From: Takakia lepidozioides
Taxonomy: Eukaryota > Plantae > Bryophyta
Assembly: GCA_030704615.1 (NCBI GenBank)
Contig: CM060731.1
Span: 63,736,001-63,800,000 of the forward strand
DNA length: 64,000 bases
Direction: 5' to 3'
Shown: positions 1-12,667 of the stretch, piece by piece
How positions within the stretch are numbered: position 1 is the stretch's first letter
Layout: the number at the start of each line of letters is the position of its first letter
The notes under the pieces: generated by a model
What the model was told of the DNA's origin: nothing
What the model saw: the letters and a program-made list of their open reading frames with translations, nothing else
Databases searched by the model: none
Made by a program: the position numbers and the translations under genes

Positions 1-534
1 TGCGGTTTTGAGGGGCGTAATGATTTTATTTTTAGCTCTATTTTGTTCTGTGACATCAAGCTTTGCACCACTACATCAATGCAAAAAATGGGACAAAAAA
101 AAAATGGAAAAAAAATAAGTGTGTTTCTAGGGTCACTTTTACAGAACTCTCTATGAAGAGCGCATGAAGTTGAAGATAACTCAACTTTGGAATGCAAATG
201 AGAGAACAAAATCTGGTTATGGGTCCAAATGACTTTTGTTTACTCCCAAATTTTTCACGCACATTGCATATGCTATCATTAAGCATATGGCTTGAAAATG
301 GAATAAAAAAAAAAATCATCTGCAGGCGAAACACAATTTTCCGTCTCTATGACACGTAGTTGCGTTCAACACCATAATGACCCATTGAATCAACTTGGTT
401 CAAGCTCATATTTGGTTCACATGTGCATAAGTATGTTTAGATCACATATGCAAAGTTGCAACCCACACGAGCAACAAGAAAAAATTAACATCAATCGATT
501 AATCGGATGTATACAAAGTACATCATGAGAATAT

Positions 535-2217
535 CTACAATGCCCATCTACGCGATCCCTGTCTCAAAGGAACCCTATTTCTATCATACACATCCCACTC
601 ACACTGTAATCGGAGGTCCCAATCATCTCGGGAGAACTCGTATGATGCAAATAGTTCGCTGCCAGCCCTAATAGTCCTACTAGCACATGTAATCACAAAC
701 ATGTGCATCCCCTCACAGTATACTGACGTATGACCACAAAAGCTCTCATGCCCATCGCTTCGCTCGTCCCATACTACATTGGTTCTCCTAGGATGACCAA
801 AAGAACTATTGACCAGCCCAGCAACATTGCCGAAGATGTCGGGGACACCATCACAAAATATGATCTCAATGGGAGACAACCCCCGTCTACGTACATCCTG
901 TCCGTTGACACACAAAATGTAGGGTAGGATGTATGGGGCTTCGAGGCGGTACGGAACTCCGCGGAGGTGTAGTATGGACCGTAGTAGGGAAACAAGTCCA
1001 CCATGTTGTTTCTCCGAGGAGGAACCACAATATCATTGACCGTGAATAAACCCCGACCCATAGCAAGGTCTGTAGCGGCTCTCACAACATACCGTCTCTC
1101 CCAATACTCGAACTCCACATTTTCTTGGATGGGGGTGGGAGGGTCGAGATGATTCCCCCAACAACGAGGCTGGACGGTCCTTAGTAACATAGTCCTATGT
1201 GCTTCCCATCGGGGGTGAGGATCCGGCTCAGGCCGCCCAAGCCGAAGGGGAGGAAACCTAGGGCGAAGCCGACCCCTCCTACAGGTTCGGGGGGCACATG
1301 CACGTGGAGGTGGAGGTGGAGGTGGTACTGCTGGCGGAGGAGATGAAAGTGGAGGTGGTTGAGGATGTAATGTCGGAGGTGCAGCCGGGGGTACAACGTC
1401 CGGATCAGGTACAACCGGAGGTGGATCAGGCAAAGAAACAGACGGGAGGGGGGGGAGGCCACAATAAGGGGGACCGCCTGAGGAAACTGGAGGTGGTGGT
1501 GGGGGGGGGGGGGGGGGTGGGCCTGCTCGTCGCCGGCCATAACGCCTACGACACCTATGATACCCCTCGACCCTACACATCTCATCTACGTGCTGCTGGG
1601 GGAACCAACTGGTCACATCGGGCACATGCTCTAGCACAAATTCTGCAAGTAGACCGGCGCGAAATGCCTCATGTGCAATGTGATTGCGAGCTTGGGCATC
1701 AAGTCGTGGCTGCAATGTGCGTAGTGAATGACGCATCAATACTTATGTCGTAATTTTGATTCATGTATGCTTACCAATCATACTATATTATTAGATAAAC
1801 CTAAATGTACCTTGAATGAATGTTAATGAGAGGGGTGGGAAAAACACTCACCTTTGTTCTTGTAATGGTTTTCGACAACATGCGATCGCCGCCTCGGTGG
1901 TCTGGTGCCGCCCGGCGGTATCCGTTCCCAACATTAATGCACCAACACTCAATCCTGTTGGGGGGGGGGGGGTCAAAGGTGGACGTGGTTGGACGGGGCA
2001 ACCCGCGGCGCGCCCGACTCGATCCCGGAGTGTCAACATCCTCCGCATCACATGAAAATTGGCCCCGATCCCTTCTACGATTGTGCCCGACAACCTGTAT
2101 TGGATCAGGTGCAATGGGTGCCTCCTCGCCATGAAAAATGGTCGCTCTAGGGCCACAATCGATATGTGGTACTACCTCCCCATCCTCGAGGGAGACGGGT
2201 CGATGTTTCCTCACCAT
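535..2217 (-). pseudogene. SET-domain (lysine methyltransferase-like) gene with Pro-rich N-terminal region; one frameshift near 945
   Basis: ORF 774-1739 gives the N-SET motif (RRYVVRAATDLAMGRGLFTVNDI...LFPYYG). After a frameshift, ORF 535-915 gives the C-SET motifs (GNVAGLVNSS...TNVVW...CASRTIRAGSELFASYEF), matching GxGLF, GNxARFINHS and RDIxxGEELxxDY. A probable upstream exon lies at ~1852-2217. Confidence 0.72.
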
Positions 2218-2629
2218 CCCATCCTAATTAACACACACCACCAACACTTTCATTTCTCAAAAACCGTTGGCAAAAAACCCCTATGCCTCAGCCTTGGGGC
2301 TTTCAAAATTGGTCATCAAAGGAGGAGCATCCCTATGGTGCTAGAGCCCAAGACAATAAATCCTTCCTCTCTTTCTATCTTCAGGATGCTCACACTATGG
2401 AAAATTTTGTTGAGACCCAGCGCTTTGCGTTTATCAGATTGAACCACATTTTGGGTATGTGAATCCTAATTACACCGTTTATCCTTTTAACCCCAAGACC
2501 GACAACCAAAACCGCCAATCCAAAACCCAGCACCATAAAGAAAAGAAAACACCCTAACCCAGTACCATATGAAAAAATAAATAAATAAAATAAAAACTAA
2601 GAAACCCAAAAGGCCCTAAACCCTAAATC

Positions 2630-2880
2630 TAGAAAGGCCGGCCGTCGCCTCCTGCGACACCTTGGCATCGCATTGGACGACGAGTTTTCTTTTCTTTTTT
2701 AACCTGGGGATCGCACCCCACGACGGACAGCCATCGCGGGGGCCGACGTGTTTTTTTATATTTATGGCCGGGGGTCGCAAGAAACGACGGCCAGCCGTCG
2801 CAAACTTCACTTTTACATTTCAGAAAAAGGGCGGACATAGGCGTGCGACGGCCAGGCGTCACACGTGGGCGCCGTGCCCT
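2630..2880. repeat. Internal cluster of CACTA-type subterminal motifs (cgtcgc/gcgacg)
   Basis: Same short GC-rich motifs, in both orientations, as in the 8500-9086 array; lies upstream of the SET gene. Confidence 0.5.
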
Positions 2881-5800
2881 TTTTTTCCCTAAGTGCTTGA
2901 AGCATCTCTTTCCCCTCCCTTTTTCATTTGTTCTTTGGGAGAGAGGTAGTTCAGAGAGTGGGGTTTAGGGTGGAGGAGAAACGCACCTGCTGTTGAGCCC
3001 GAGGTGGTCGCAAGGCCCCAAGGAGTTTGCCCCAACGCCGCTCCAACGCCCAAGGTAAGCACCGCCTCCTCCCTCACTTTCTGTCTTTTTTTCTTGCCCT
3101 AAGCACGGGCTGATGTCTCTCTCCCATGTGTGGTAGGAACGTCGTACAGAGGCGCGACCTAACGAGCTGAAGTGAGAGAGAGAGCCGTGGTGAGTGGGGG
3201 AAAGACGCCCTGTAGCGGTGGGGACCCGCGCCGCTGGCAGCCGCGATAGCACCGCAGCAGCTCGCCGCGCCAGCTCGCTTCAAGCACCAGCAGCAGCAGA
3301 GGTACGTCAGGGAAATTGCACTCTCCCTTTCCTCTCTGCTTCTATTTACTGTTCAAAGGTAGTCTTCCTGCCCTGACTTTAAATTTAGGTCTGGTGCCAA
3401 GAGTGGGATAGACCCTTGAGCGCATCCATGATGTCCTCCCCCATGTCACAGACTGGAAACAGGTTCAAGGAAGTTTTCTTCCTAACTTCATTGTCATCGG
3501 ACAATTTTCTGGTAACAGACATGACTTTGGACACTACACTCTCGAAGTTAGGTTTATCCAGCAAGGTCAAGACTTGCGGGTCCAGATTCAGATCCTTGAG
3601 AATCTCTTTTACTCTCTTCTCCCAGGGCTCACCCTGTTTGATAGGGCGGTCATGTTTCCAAGATATAGAATCGATTAACTAAGGATATCTGGTGTTGGAC
3701 ATATGTTGCAGCTGAACCCACCATCTGACCTTGAATTTAGGGTGTCGGGAGCTTAAAAGAGAGCAGCACAAAAGAGAGGGAAGATATTCATGTCATGTCA
3801 AGACATAGACAAGACTTAGTAAAAGTCATTGTCAAGAAAAATGACATAGCAGCCTCATTACAAGGCATTGTCAAACATCTCCTTACATGTACAATCCCAG
3901 AAAAAAGATCCTTAAATTACAAGGTATCCTTATATCATCATGTTAACACTTCCCCTCCATAAATAGTTCATCTTAAATAAAAGAGACTGGATTTCAAAGT
4001 TCTTGAAATCATAGGGTGGGAGGGTGGGGTCTTCTAAAAAAACAAACACATATCATGAGCATGTAGGGTTCTGAAGAATATATGCACATTTGCATACAGT
4101 CAATCAATCAAAGTCTGAACCACTTTATTTAAAACATACTGAGTTTTAAATAAGAGTTGTACGTGTTCCAGTGGCTTACAACAACCAAACAGAGGGCAAA
4201 TGTTGTGATGATCATACAAAAACCCGTAAGTCATTACCATGTCACATTCCCAATCTCTGGGGGGAGCTTAAGAATACAGTTCGTAATCAAAAAAGCCCTG
4301 TAAAAATACTGGCTTGGTAATTCTTGGGTTCAAAAAGCTTAAACAAGTATGTTGTAAGCTCAACAGGTCTTTGAGAAAACCATTCCAGCAAGCCTAAGAG
4401 TGAGAACTTTGATGAAAACAATTCCCTATTACAGCTTTAAAGGACTTGTATGTTCCTAAAAGCACAAGCTGAACTAATTGTACTTCCATAAGTAGATGCA
4501 CGGCTATGGTATGTATCCCAGGGCCTTATCCAGTCACTCTGCCAAGTTTTAGAGAGATCCTCAAAAATACCAGTCTGTAATCAGGTTATAATCTCCATGG
4601 GGGAGCCTGAAAGAATGTATGTGTTCTTAAAAAGGCTTACCCAATTCCTTACTTAATACATTCTAAACTGGTGAGGCATAAACAACACTGTCTGACTCTC
4701 CAAAAGGCCAGAAAACAGGTCTGGAAAAATGCATCCAATGTCACACTTGCACCACCAAACCCTTGTCATCACAACCAGCCCGAACCTTCACAATAAGGTC
4801 TGATTTCTAGGAGGCCCAGCCCATTTACTTCCCTGACTTAACAGATTTGGTTACCAAGAACCAGAAATCAAAGTAAAGGTTTAAGGCATATCCCCCTTGA
4901 AGCAGCTTTGAAGCAGAAAATTGCAACAACGGCAGCTTGTAGCATATCTTATCCCTCCGTTAGTGAGGATGCGCGAGGTGAATTACAAGATTTCACAGTT
5001 GCTATCCATGTCAGGTATGAGCCGTAAAGCATGCAAAGATCACAGAACCAGCAGAAGAAAGCATAGATGTGACACCACAAAGAACCTCAATCTTTTGTGG
5101 AGTAGGACGCTGCAGTGTTCATCATCTGAATTTGAACGAGCACAACAGAATGCAACGGGAGGAGAGTTGAGGACAGGTTGTATCTTGTAATATAGGCCGC
5201 TTCCCCACCTCCATAACCGCCGCTGCTTCATCAATGAGGAAAAAACGTAGGCAAACACAACAGTATGTCATTTGCCATCGCGGGAGATGAAAGTGTCTGC
5301 CGTCATCGCGCGTTCAAAAAACAAGAACACACCCGTTCGGATCTTGCTGCTCGGGCATTCAGCCGCCATCGAGCATTCGTCTGCCATCGCCCTCTTCCAG
5401 AGAAAAAAACACGCACGATATCGTGCTGTGTCTAGGGCAGAGAGACACTTAAAGGAAAACCACCCGCGATTTCATCCACCATCCGGTATGGATGGTATCA
5501 GACCAGGATGAAAAATGGGCATTCAATAGGTTTAAATCAAAGGAGCATAAACCTAAAATGCATTGAAATGCATATTTGCCTATAAATCATCCATTTATGG
5601 TTATAACAGAAATTTCATCCAGTATGGATGAAACCTTAAAATTTGGGATTAAAAATATATAGTATTTCCAAAATAAGTATTATGGAAAAAAATTGATAAT
5701 CCCAAACAAGTAGTTGGAGAGAAGGAGAGAGAGGGAGAGAGAGGGAGAGATCAGGAACCCCACCCATTTTTATTTATTTTTGTTTCCTGAGCTCTCCCTC

Positions 5801-5989
5801 TCTCTCCCTCTCTCTCTTTCGTGCTCAGTCACTCCCCCCCCCCCCCCACCTTTTTCTTTTCTCTTTGTTGCCCCCTCTCGAGACCCCGAGCACTTGCTGC
5901 TCTCAGCCCCTGACATGCTTGGTTTTTTTTGTTTTTGATCTGGAATGTTCCTAATGAGGCCAACTTGTGGGTTTGCATGACAGGTGCCA

Positions 5990-8234
5990 GCTTATGGGGA
6001 AAGAGAAGAAGTCCCCTGCCCCAAAGAAAGGGGCGGACAATCCGTTTGCTCTGTCGGCACGTGTGACGCGCCAGGGCGTCTCACGGCTAACCAGCCCCGT
6101 CGACAGCCACAGCCGGAGGGCTCGTCTGCCCCCCGAGGCCAATACCCCCCCTCTTGTCCACATCTTGGATGCGCGAGGGGCCGGCTCAGCCAGCTCTCCT
6201 ATTCGGGAGGTTGTTGCTGAGCCAGATGCTCAATTGAGCACACCCCCGGCCACCAAGACGGGTGAAATGTACCTTGGCAAGCACATCACCCGTTCGGGGG
6301 CCCGGTATGGGCACCTTTTGGATGTCACCCCCATAGCGACCCCTTCCTCTGCAGCAAAGGCTGCACTTGCCAAGGCCCAACGTCAGGTTCAAGGGCCTTT
6401 GAAAGCCTCCATTGCCAGCCCATTGTTGTCGATGAGGGAGGAGGAGACGAGGAGGGCCAATGAAGTGGCCAAGATAGCGAAGCGCCTCGAAGAAGTCAAG
6501 CCGGGTGAGGGCTTCTACCCTGATACGCATTTGGGGGGGGGGGGGGAGAGAGGAGGAGGTATGGGCCGGTTCGGAGCAGCCTAGCCGATCAGCGACACCG
6601 CCCCCTAAGCCTGAGCGGTCAGCAAAGAAGGGCCTGGACTACGGGGCGCCGCCACCGGCTATGATCCACATCTGGAATCTACTTCTAGTGGCGCTCCAGG
6701 AGGGGATAGAGCGGGCACTCCGGAAACGGGGACTCCTCCCACATCGGGTGACACCAGGGGTGAGTCGGACAAGCTTGCAAAGGTACAACTGTCGCACCTT
6801 GTTCCATGATTTATTATTTCCTTTGCATGCATGATTTTCTTTGTTGTTTGTTTCTTTTTTTGAATTTGGAGGGGTTATTTGTCTTCAGGAGGCAGCAACA
6901 TGGCTGGCCTCATTGGTGCAGTCCCGTGGGGTTGCCAATGAGGGAGAGCACGTGGTGTTCATGAAGGACCTGAACAACAAAGGTAAGAAGAAGAGGCCTC
7001 GATCTCCCGAGATCCCTTTTACCATCAATGAAGGGGCTGTTGAGGAGAGAGAGAGAAGGGAGAGGGAGAAGGAGAGAGAGGAAGTAGCGGGGAAGGGGAA
7101 GGAGATGGTCGTGGAGAAGGGGAAGGAAAAGAAAAAGAAGAAAAAGAAGTCCCATGGAGAGGGAGGGGTGAGTGTGCATGCGGGGGAGGGCATTGGGGTA
7201 ACAAAGGAGCAGGGGAAGGAGGCTACAAAGAAGGGAGATGGTGGGATGGCCTTGGCGATACAGGACGTGGAGTTGGCAAAGATCGTGGTGCCACCGGTGG
7301 AGGTGAATCGCCATGGTGACCCCTGCGGTGCGTTCTGGGAGGCTATGAAGAAGCCAGCCTTCGAACTCGCATTGAGGTGGTTCCCTTTGCACATCGAGTG
7401 GCTGATCAGCACTTTGGCGTGAAGCGGGCGTATGCCCGTGAGTTAGACCGCCGGTTTCCGGGCAATTGGAGTGACACAAGGATGATGGAGATGGTGGGGC
7501 GAAACTTGAAGGACAGGAGGTACCGTGCCAGACAGATCATTCGGAGGGCAATGGAAAAGGGGGCCATATCCAAACCACCTTATGGAATTACACAGGTTGG
7601 CAAATCCTGAATCATGTCACCTTCCATTTGTCGCATGTGCATTAATGAGGTGGATTCGATGCAATATATGTGTGTAATTCACTAATTGTTGGGGGGGGGG
7701 GGGGTGCATAGGTATCGTGGGATGCACTCATTGCGGGAGAGACTGATGCCGCAAACAAGGCCAAATTTGACCGGGCACATGAAGCAACAACAGTCCGCCT
7801 TGACAAGCACGAATCCACACACAAGTGGGGCGCCGGCGGATCCAAGGGTTTTATCTTGTGATTTGTAAGTCGTACTTCCCTATGGATTTTGTTATGTCTT
7901 CTTTTTGGCTCCATCATCGCGAAGAACTGACTTTAATTTGTGGCATGTGTAGCAACGCGCGTTTGAGAGGAAGCCATCTCCGGTAGAGTACAACTATGCC
8001 AAGGAGCATGGTTGGCAATCCCTCATGAAGAACATGGCCAACACAGAGGGGATGAGTGCACTACAGGGCACTAGTATGGATGAGGTCGAGGGTCATGCCC
8101 AGGGATTGGATGAGAGCTCTATGGGACTTAGGGGAACGTCGTCTCATTTACGTGCTCTGGCAAAGGGCGCGGAGTCATCAGGCTCATCGGATAGCTCTGA
8201 GTCCTCCACTGAGGATGAGGATGAGGATGACTAG
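5990..8234 (+). pseudogene. CACTA TnpA/Ptta-like (Transposase_24-type) accessory gene, spliced and frameshifted
   Basis: Joined pieces read ...RWFPLHIEW/ADQHFGVKRAYARELDRRFPGNWSDTRMMEMVGRNLKDRRYRAR...PPYGITQ|VSWDALIAGETDAANKAKFDRAHEATTVRLDKHESTHKWGAGGSK...; the W..L...K......R....H.xG.GG pattern is typical of En/Spm TnpA-like proteins. Lys/Glu-rich N-terminal part and acidic tail. Confidence 0.55.
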
Positions 8235-8499
8235 TCCTAGTCCATGTAGGTCCCAGGGTCAGTCTACTGAACCTTTGTGAGCTTTTCAGCTCATGTCTTG
8301 TAAATATATTTCCATCTTTCCATCTTCCATCTTATTCATGTGTCGCACCGTCCTCACCCTCGATTCATGCTTGCTCAATTGTGTACCTGCTAACTCAGAG
8401 AAATGGAACTATAAGTTCTCCCATCCCCAAATACAAAACCAGGAAAAAAACAAAAAACCATCCCCAATTCACCCCCAAAATGAACCCCCAACCCCCCCC

Positions 8500-9086
8500 C
8501 ACCAGGCTGCCCTCGCGACTGCAGCACGTCGCCAAGGGCGATGTGTTTTTTGGGCAGGGGCCGCAAGAAGCGACGGTTGGGCGTCGCAAACCCCATTTGC
8601 GGGCAGCAACGCCCGAAAAGCCTCTTCGAGCTACGTCTCGCCGTCGCTGCCCTCCAGCCGACGGCGTTGGTGGGGGCGCCGACGCGGCGTCGCATTTATT
8701 TATTTATTTTTCCTAACCTGATCTGGAGTCAACCGGGTGGTACGCCAAGTGACGCCCGTGCGTCGCTGCCCGCGACTATTGGGCGTGGCACAAAACAGCT
8801 GGAGTCGGTCTCCACCACGCCCGGGCGTGGGTTGTTGCGACGCTCCGGCGTTGCGTTTTTTTTTTTTAAATTTAAGAAAAAAAAAAAAAAAAAAAAGCGT
8901 GCCATCAGCGCGGACGGCCTGAAAAACCGACGTCCGGCAGTCGCGGGAGTTGGGGCGACGCCCTTGCGATTGCAGGGCGACGGCTGGGCGTTGCAAATTC
9001 TGCGCCTCCCGCGTGCCTGAAAAGGGCGTTTTCCCGACGCTGCGGCGTGGCGCGGGCGTCGCAAAGGCCCCCATTTTCCTGTAGTG
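8500..9086. repeat. CACTA right subterminal repeat array and terminal inverted repeat
   Basis: Dense gcgacgcc/ggcgtcgc motifs ending at TGTAGTG (9080-9086). Confidence 0.8.
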
Positions 9087-10350
9087 AACACTTCAGTGCG
9101 CCCTGCAAGACGAATCTCATGAGTCTCATGACAACAGTCCTCTCAGGAGACCACTCCAATTGCCTCTCCAGTAGACTCTACAGACTCGCAAGTAGGCTGG
9201 GTCCTGGTCCCACTACACTCAGCCGACTCGGCAGAGTCACAACTCAGCAGACTCAGAAGACTCATCACTCAGCAGACTCGGCATAATGAGCAGACTTAGC
9301 ATAATGGGCAGACTCAGCAGACTCGACAGACTCGACAGATTGAGCAGACTCAGCAGACTTGACAGATTGAGCAGACTCAGGTCTGAGTGGGCAAACCGAG
9401 CAGACTGTCCTCATTCAAAAGACTAGGCAGATTTGCCAGACTGAGCAGACTGAACGGACTCAACCAGCGAGAGGCAGGTGTGAACGTAGTGACGTCATTC
9501 AAAAGACTGGCCCGACAGAACAGACTGGGTATGCGAGATCTTACTCCTCCACAATCGGAACGATTATATGATGGCAGTCTTTTATGTCTTTGCCGAGCCG
9601 AGGGACGCTCCAGCAAGAATGCAGATACTCCACTAGCCTTTCCCGTGGCCCGTCCCAATGTGTCATCATATGAGACCACGTTGAGGCTGGCAGAAGAGCA
9701 ACAGTACTTGAGTACTTCTCCTCAACCGTCTTCTCATAGAAATGACACCACAGCTCCAGCATTCTATCTGTGCACTCCGACTCCACCGTCTCAAGTGGCT
9801 TCAACTCCGGAGGCCCGATGGAGCACTCATACCGGGGGTCGCCTTCATAAAAGTGAACCATGCAATTGCCGGCCGCGACATTCCGTCGCAGGGCTGCGGC
9901 AAAACGAGAACCCAACCTGCACACAGACCACGGCCTTGTGTGAAAACCCATATACGCAACAGTCTGAGCGGACTAACTCCATTCAACAGACTGCCCATAC
10001 CGAGCGGACTGAGCGGACTCACACTTTTGAGCAGACTGGAGTGACCAGACTCAGCAGACTGGGAGGACTACTCACTGGTGCATTTGTCACTGAAGAACCA
10101 CTTCCTTGTCCGTATCCAATGCCATTTTGCGGTCCTTGTTCATGAAGACAACGGACTTGCCTTTCTTCGCAGGTTTCTTGGCAACAGGACCCTCCCAAAT
10201 TTCCTGAGTCTGCTCCACGACAGTCCTCTTCTTTGCTCTACTTGTGCCCATGGATTCGGCGACTACTGTGGCCGGGTTCGATTCAGCAGACTGACGAAGT
10301 GATGCGGTCTTGCTTCGCAACACGACTGTGTCTGCAGGCTTGTTCACACT
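9087..10350 (-). pseudogene. Ulp1/C48 SUMO-protease-like TE gene, N-terminal and central exons, truncated by the CACTA end
   Basis: Exon ...TDRMLELWCHFY...KDIKDCHHIIVPIVE ends at a GTAAG donor (~9544). Candidate His exon (HYVHTCLSL, ~9465-9495). Exon SLLERQLEW...LQGALKC runs straight into the CACTA TIR. Confidence 0.5.
9220..9460. repeat. Degenerate ~9-bp tandem repeat (agcagactc/gacagactc)
   Basis: Many consecutive cagact units; more copies at ~9960-10070. Confidence 0.85.
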
Positions 10351-10830
10351 TGCAGGACTATATTGGCAGCCTCACGGGTCGCATGCGTTGAACTAATCCA
10401 TGCATCTGTTGGCGTTGTAAGTAAGCCACATTTTCTAGTGAGACATATATATATATATATATTCAATATTTAGGATGAAGAGTTTTATTGTAAATTAGTG
10501 AGGCATTTTTTGTGTAATAATTTTTTATTCACTACATTGTAGTGAAAATAGTAGTGCACATACAATACAAATCCGAAACACCAAAAGAATTTGGATGGCT
10601 CAAAACATTTTAATTTCAATCAATGTCAAGAGTGTTTGCAAAGATCAAGTATAGCCACATTGTGTAGATCACCTACATGAGGGATTTTGCTCTATCCATA
10701 GTAGATCAAATCTTAGTCAAGTCATCAAAATCTGGTCGTAGGCTCTGTGGAAAAAAAATGCATTTGGACTTGGATGACATTGGACCCTTGGGCCAACGGC
10801 ATAGGCATACCCTAGAGGTTGCACTTGGGC

Positions 10831-12036
10831 TAGGGAATTCCAAAAAGGCCTTGATGTGAAATGCATTGCAATTCACTTGATCACCCCCCTAAAAGTGCAC
10901 AATTCAATTGAACTGCTAAAACCAGCTTGAAAACAACCCTAATTTGCAATTCAATTGAATTGTCGGCACACGATTCAATTGAATTGCAATCAATTGAATT
11001 GTTGACTGCAATTCAATTGAATTGCTAGTTGGCAATTCAATTGAATTGCTGACTACAATTGAATTGAATTGAATTGTAATCTAGAATTTTTAACTTATTT
11101 ATGTATATATTATATATATGTACATATTTAAATTATACATACGTATACAAAAGTATAAGCTAAAAATACATGTTGCCCATCTATTCTTGCTGTCCGTCTT
11201 GCCCGTGGTAAGGTTGAGCCTGAGATAAGCCTAAGGGAGAGCGAGAGAGGGAGAGAGAGAGATGAAGTCACGAAGCGCTTGTAAAAGCAGGATTGTCTCT
11301 CTTTGTGGATGTTGGTGCCAATATATGGCTATGTACATATACCAAACATAATACCAATGTATGAGTATCAACGTGTAAGAGTTTGATATATTAAACTTAT
11401 ATGGAACACACATCCCAACTTCAACATGAGCCTTTGTAAGGGTATCGAAACAATATTATTTTTGATAATTCTCAAGATGAACATATTTCTTGTTTTCTTT
11501 GTCCTGGGCCAGATACTAGTGTTAGGGGACTACATGATGATGCAGGGGAAGCCTTTCATCAATTGTCAGGTTTGATTTTGTCTGTTTCTTTCGGAGCAGC
11601 CATGTTTCTTTTGCCAGTGAATCACAGGAAGCTGCTAATCTCTCTCCGTCTCTGGCTCTCCTTTTCTAGCTGAGGCTGAGGGTGGCTTCACAACTCCACA
11701 ATTTCCTCAAGGGCACAAGAAAGAGGGCCAACAAGAATAGACGGGCAACATGTATTTTTAGCTTATATTCTTATATGTGTATAAGTATAATTTGAATATA
11801 TATACATACATACATACATACATATATATACAGAAATAAGTTAAAAATTATAGATTACAATTCAATTGAATTGCAGTCAACAATTCAATTGAATTGTCAA
11901 CTAGCAATTCAATTGAATTGCAAATTAGGGTTGTTTTCAAGCTAGTTTTAGCAGTTCAATTGAATTGCACACTTTTAGGGGGGTGATCAAGTGAATTGCA
12001 ATGCATTTCACATCAAGGCCTTTTTGGAATTCCCTA
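10831..12036. mobile_element. Non-autonomous hAT-like element with ~300-370 bp inverted arms
   Basis: Termini TAGGGAATTCCAAAAAGGCC...GGCCTTTTTGGAATTCCCTA; arms ~10831-11190 and ~11728-12036 contain CAATTCAATTGAATTG palindromes; approximate 8-bp TSD acttgggc/atttgggc. Confidence 0.75.
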
Positions 12037-12434
12037 TTTGGGCCTCACATAAGAGACGCACTTGCATACATAGGAGATTGCACTTGGGCTTAGATGACAC
12101 TTGACACTTGGGCCAACGGCACAGGCTACCCTAGTTGTAATAGCATGATCAATCTGCTAGCTCATCTAAGTTAGTATTGACCCGTGTCTCCAGAGTTCCA
12201 CTTTGTAGGGAATGGCTATTTTTTCCTGGTTTTGCTAATTTGATGATCAGGGCAACTTGACAGTCCCCTTCCCTTGCAACTTAAAAGAAAAAGAAAAAGA
12301 AAACTTAAAAGAAAAGATTAATAAAGATTCAATAGAAGAAGAAGATGAAGAAAGATGAAGATGATAGATTATCGAAATGAACGTGCACTAAGTGGTACGT
12401 TCATATATCATCCACTCAAGTGCTTGTACCTCAG

Positions 12435-12442
12435 AAACCCTA
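12435..12442 (+). promoter_or_regulatory. Telo-box (AAACCCTA) in the SKIP promoter/5' UTR
   Basis: Exact motif ~230 bp upstream of the ATG; function inferred. Confidence 0.35.
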
Positions 12443-12667
12443 GGTATTGTGGAATTGAGCGGTGAGAGAGGGAGGAGGGGACATTGGGAGGTTGGGGTCT
12501 GAGTTGTGGTGCGTTTGTGTGATGAATTTTTGAGAGGCACGCTGTGAGGGTTGCTGTTCCTTAGATATTGGGTTGCTATCGCTTTGTCGCTGATCCTCGT
12601 TAGTTTGCAACACGGGCTTGTCGTCAGAGAGGCAGTTCAGAGGAGGGTTTGGTTTGGTTTTGTAAGC

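Larger units (their letters stand above)
1..9086. mobile_element. CACTA (En/Spm) DNA transposon, right arm; left end probably outside the window
   Basis: Ends in ...cccccattttcctgtagtg at 9086 (reverse complement CACTACAGGAAAATGGGGG), preceded by ~600 bp of GC-rich gcgacgcc/cgtcgc subterminal repeats; contains a TnpA/Ptta-like ORF. That all of 1-9086 is a single element is inferred. Confidence 0.7.

Noticed and set aside
69-92. CACTACA as the left TIR of the CACTA element
   Set aside because: Only 7 bp match the right TIR, the flank is cac versus aac, and no subterminal repeat array follows.
3385-5260. Minus-strand coding-like fragments inside the CACTA region
   Set aside because: Many stops and no recognisable motif; cannot assign a product.
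9387-10145. 252-aa plus-strand ORF
   Set aside because: Antisense to the Ulp1-like exons and built partly from the 9-bp repeat.
10525-10550. Palindrome cactaca-t-tgtagtg resembling fused CACTA ends
   Set aside because: Too short and no matching 3-bp TSD; may be chance.
12551-12667. Hydrophobic N-terminal extension on SKIP
   Set aside because: Depends on a TTG start; homology begins at ATG 12668.
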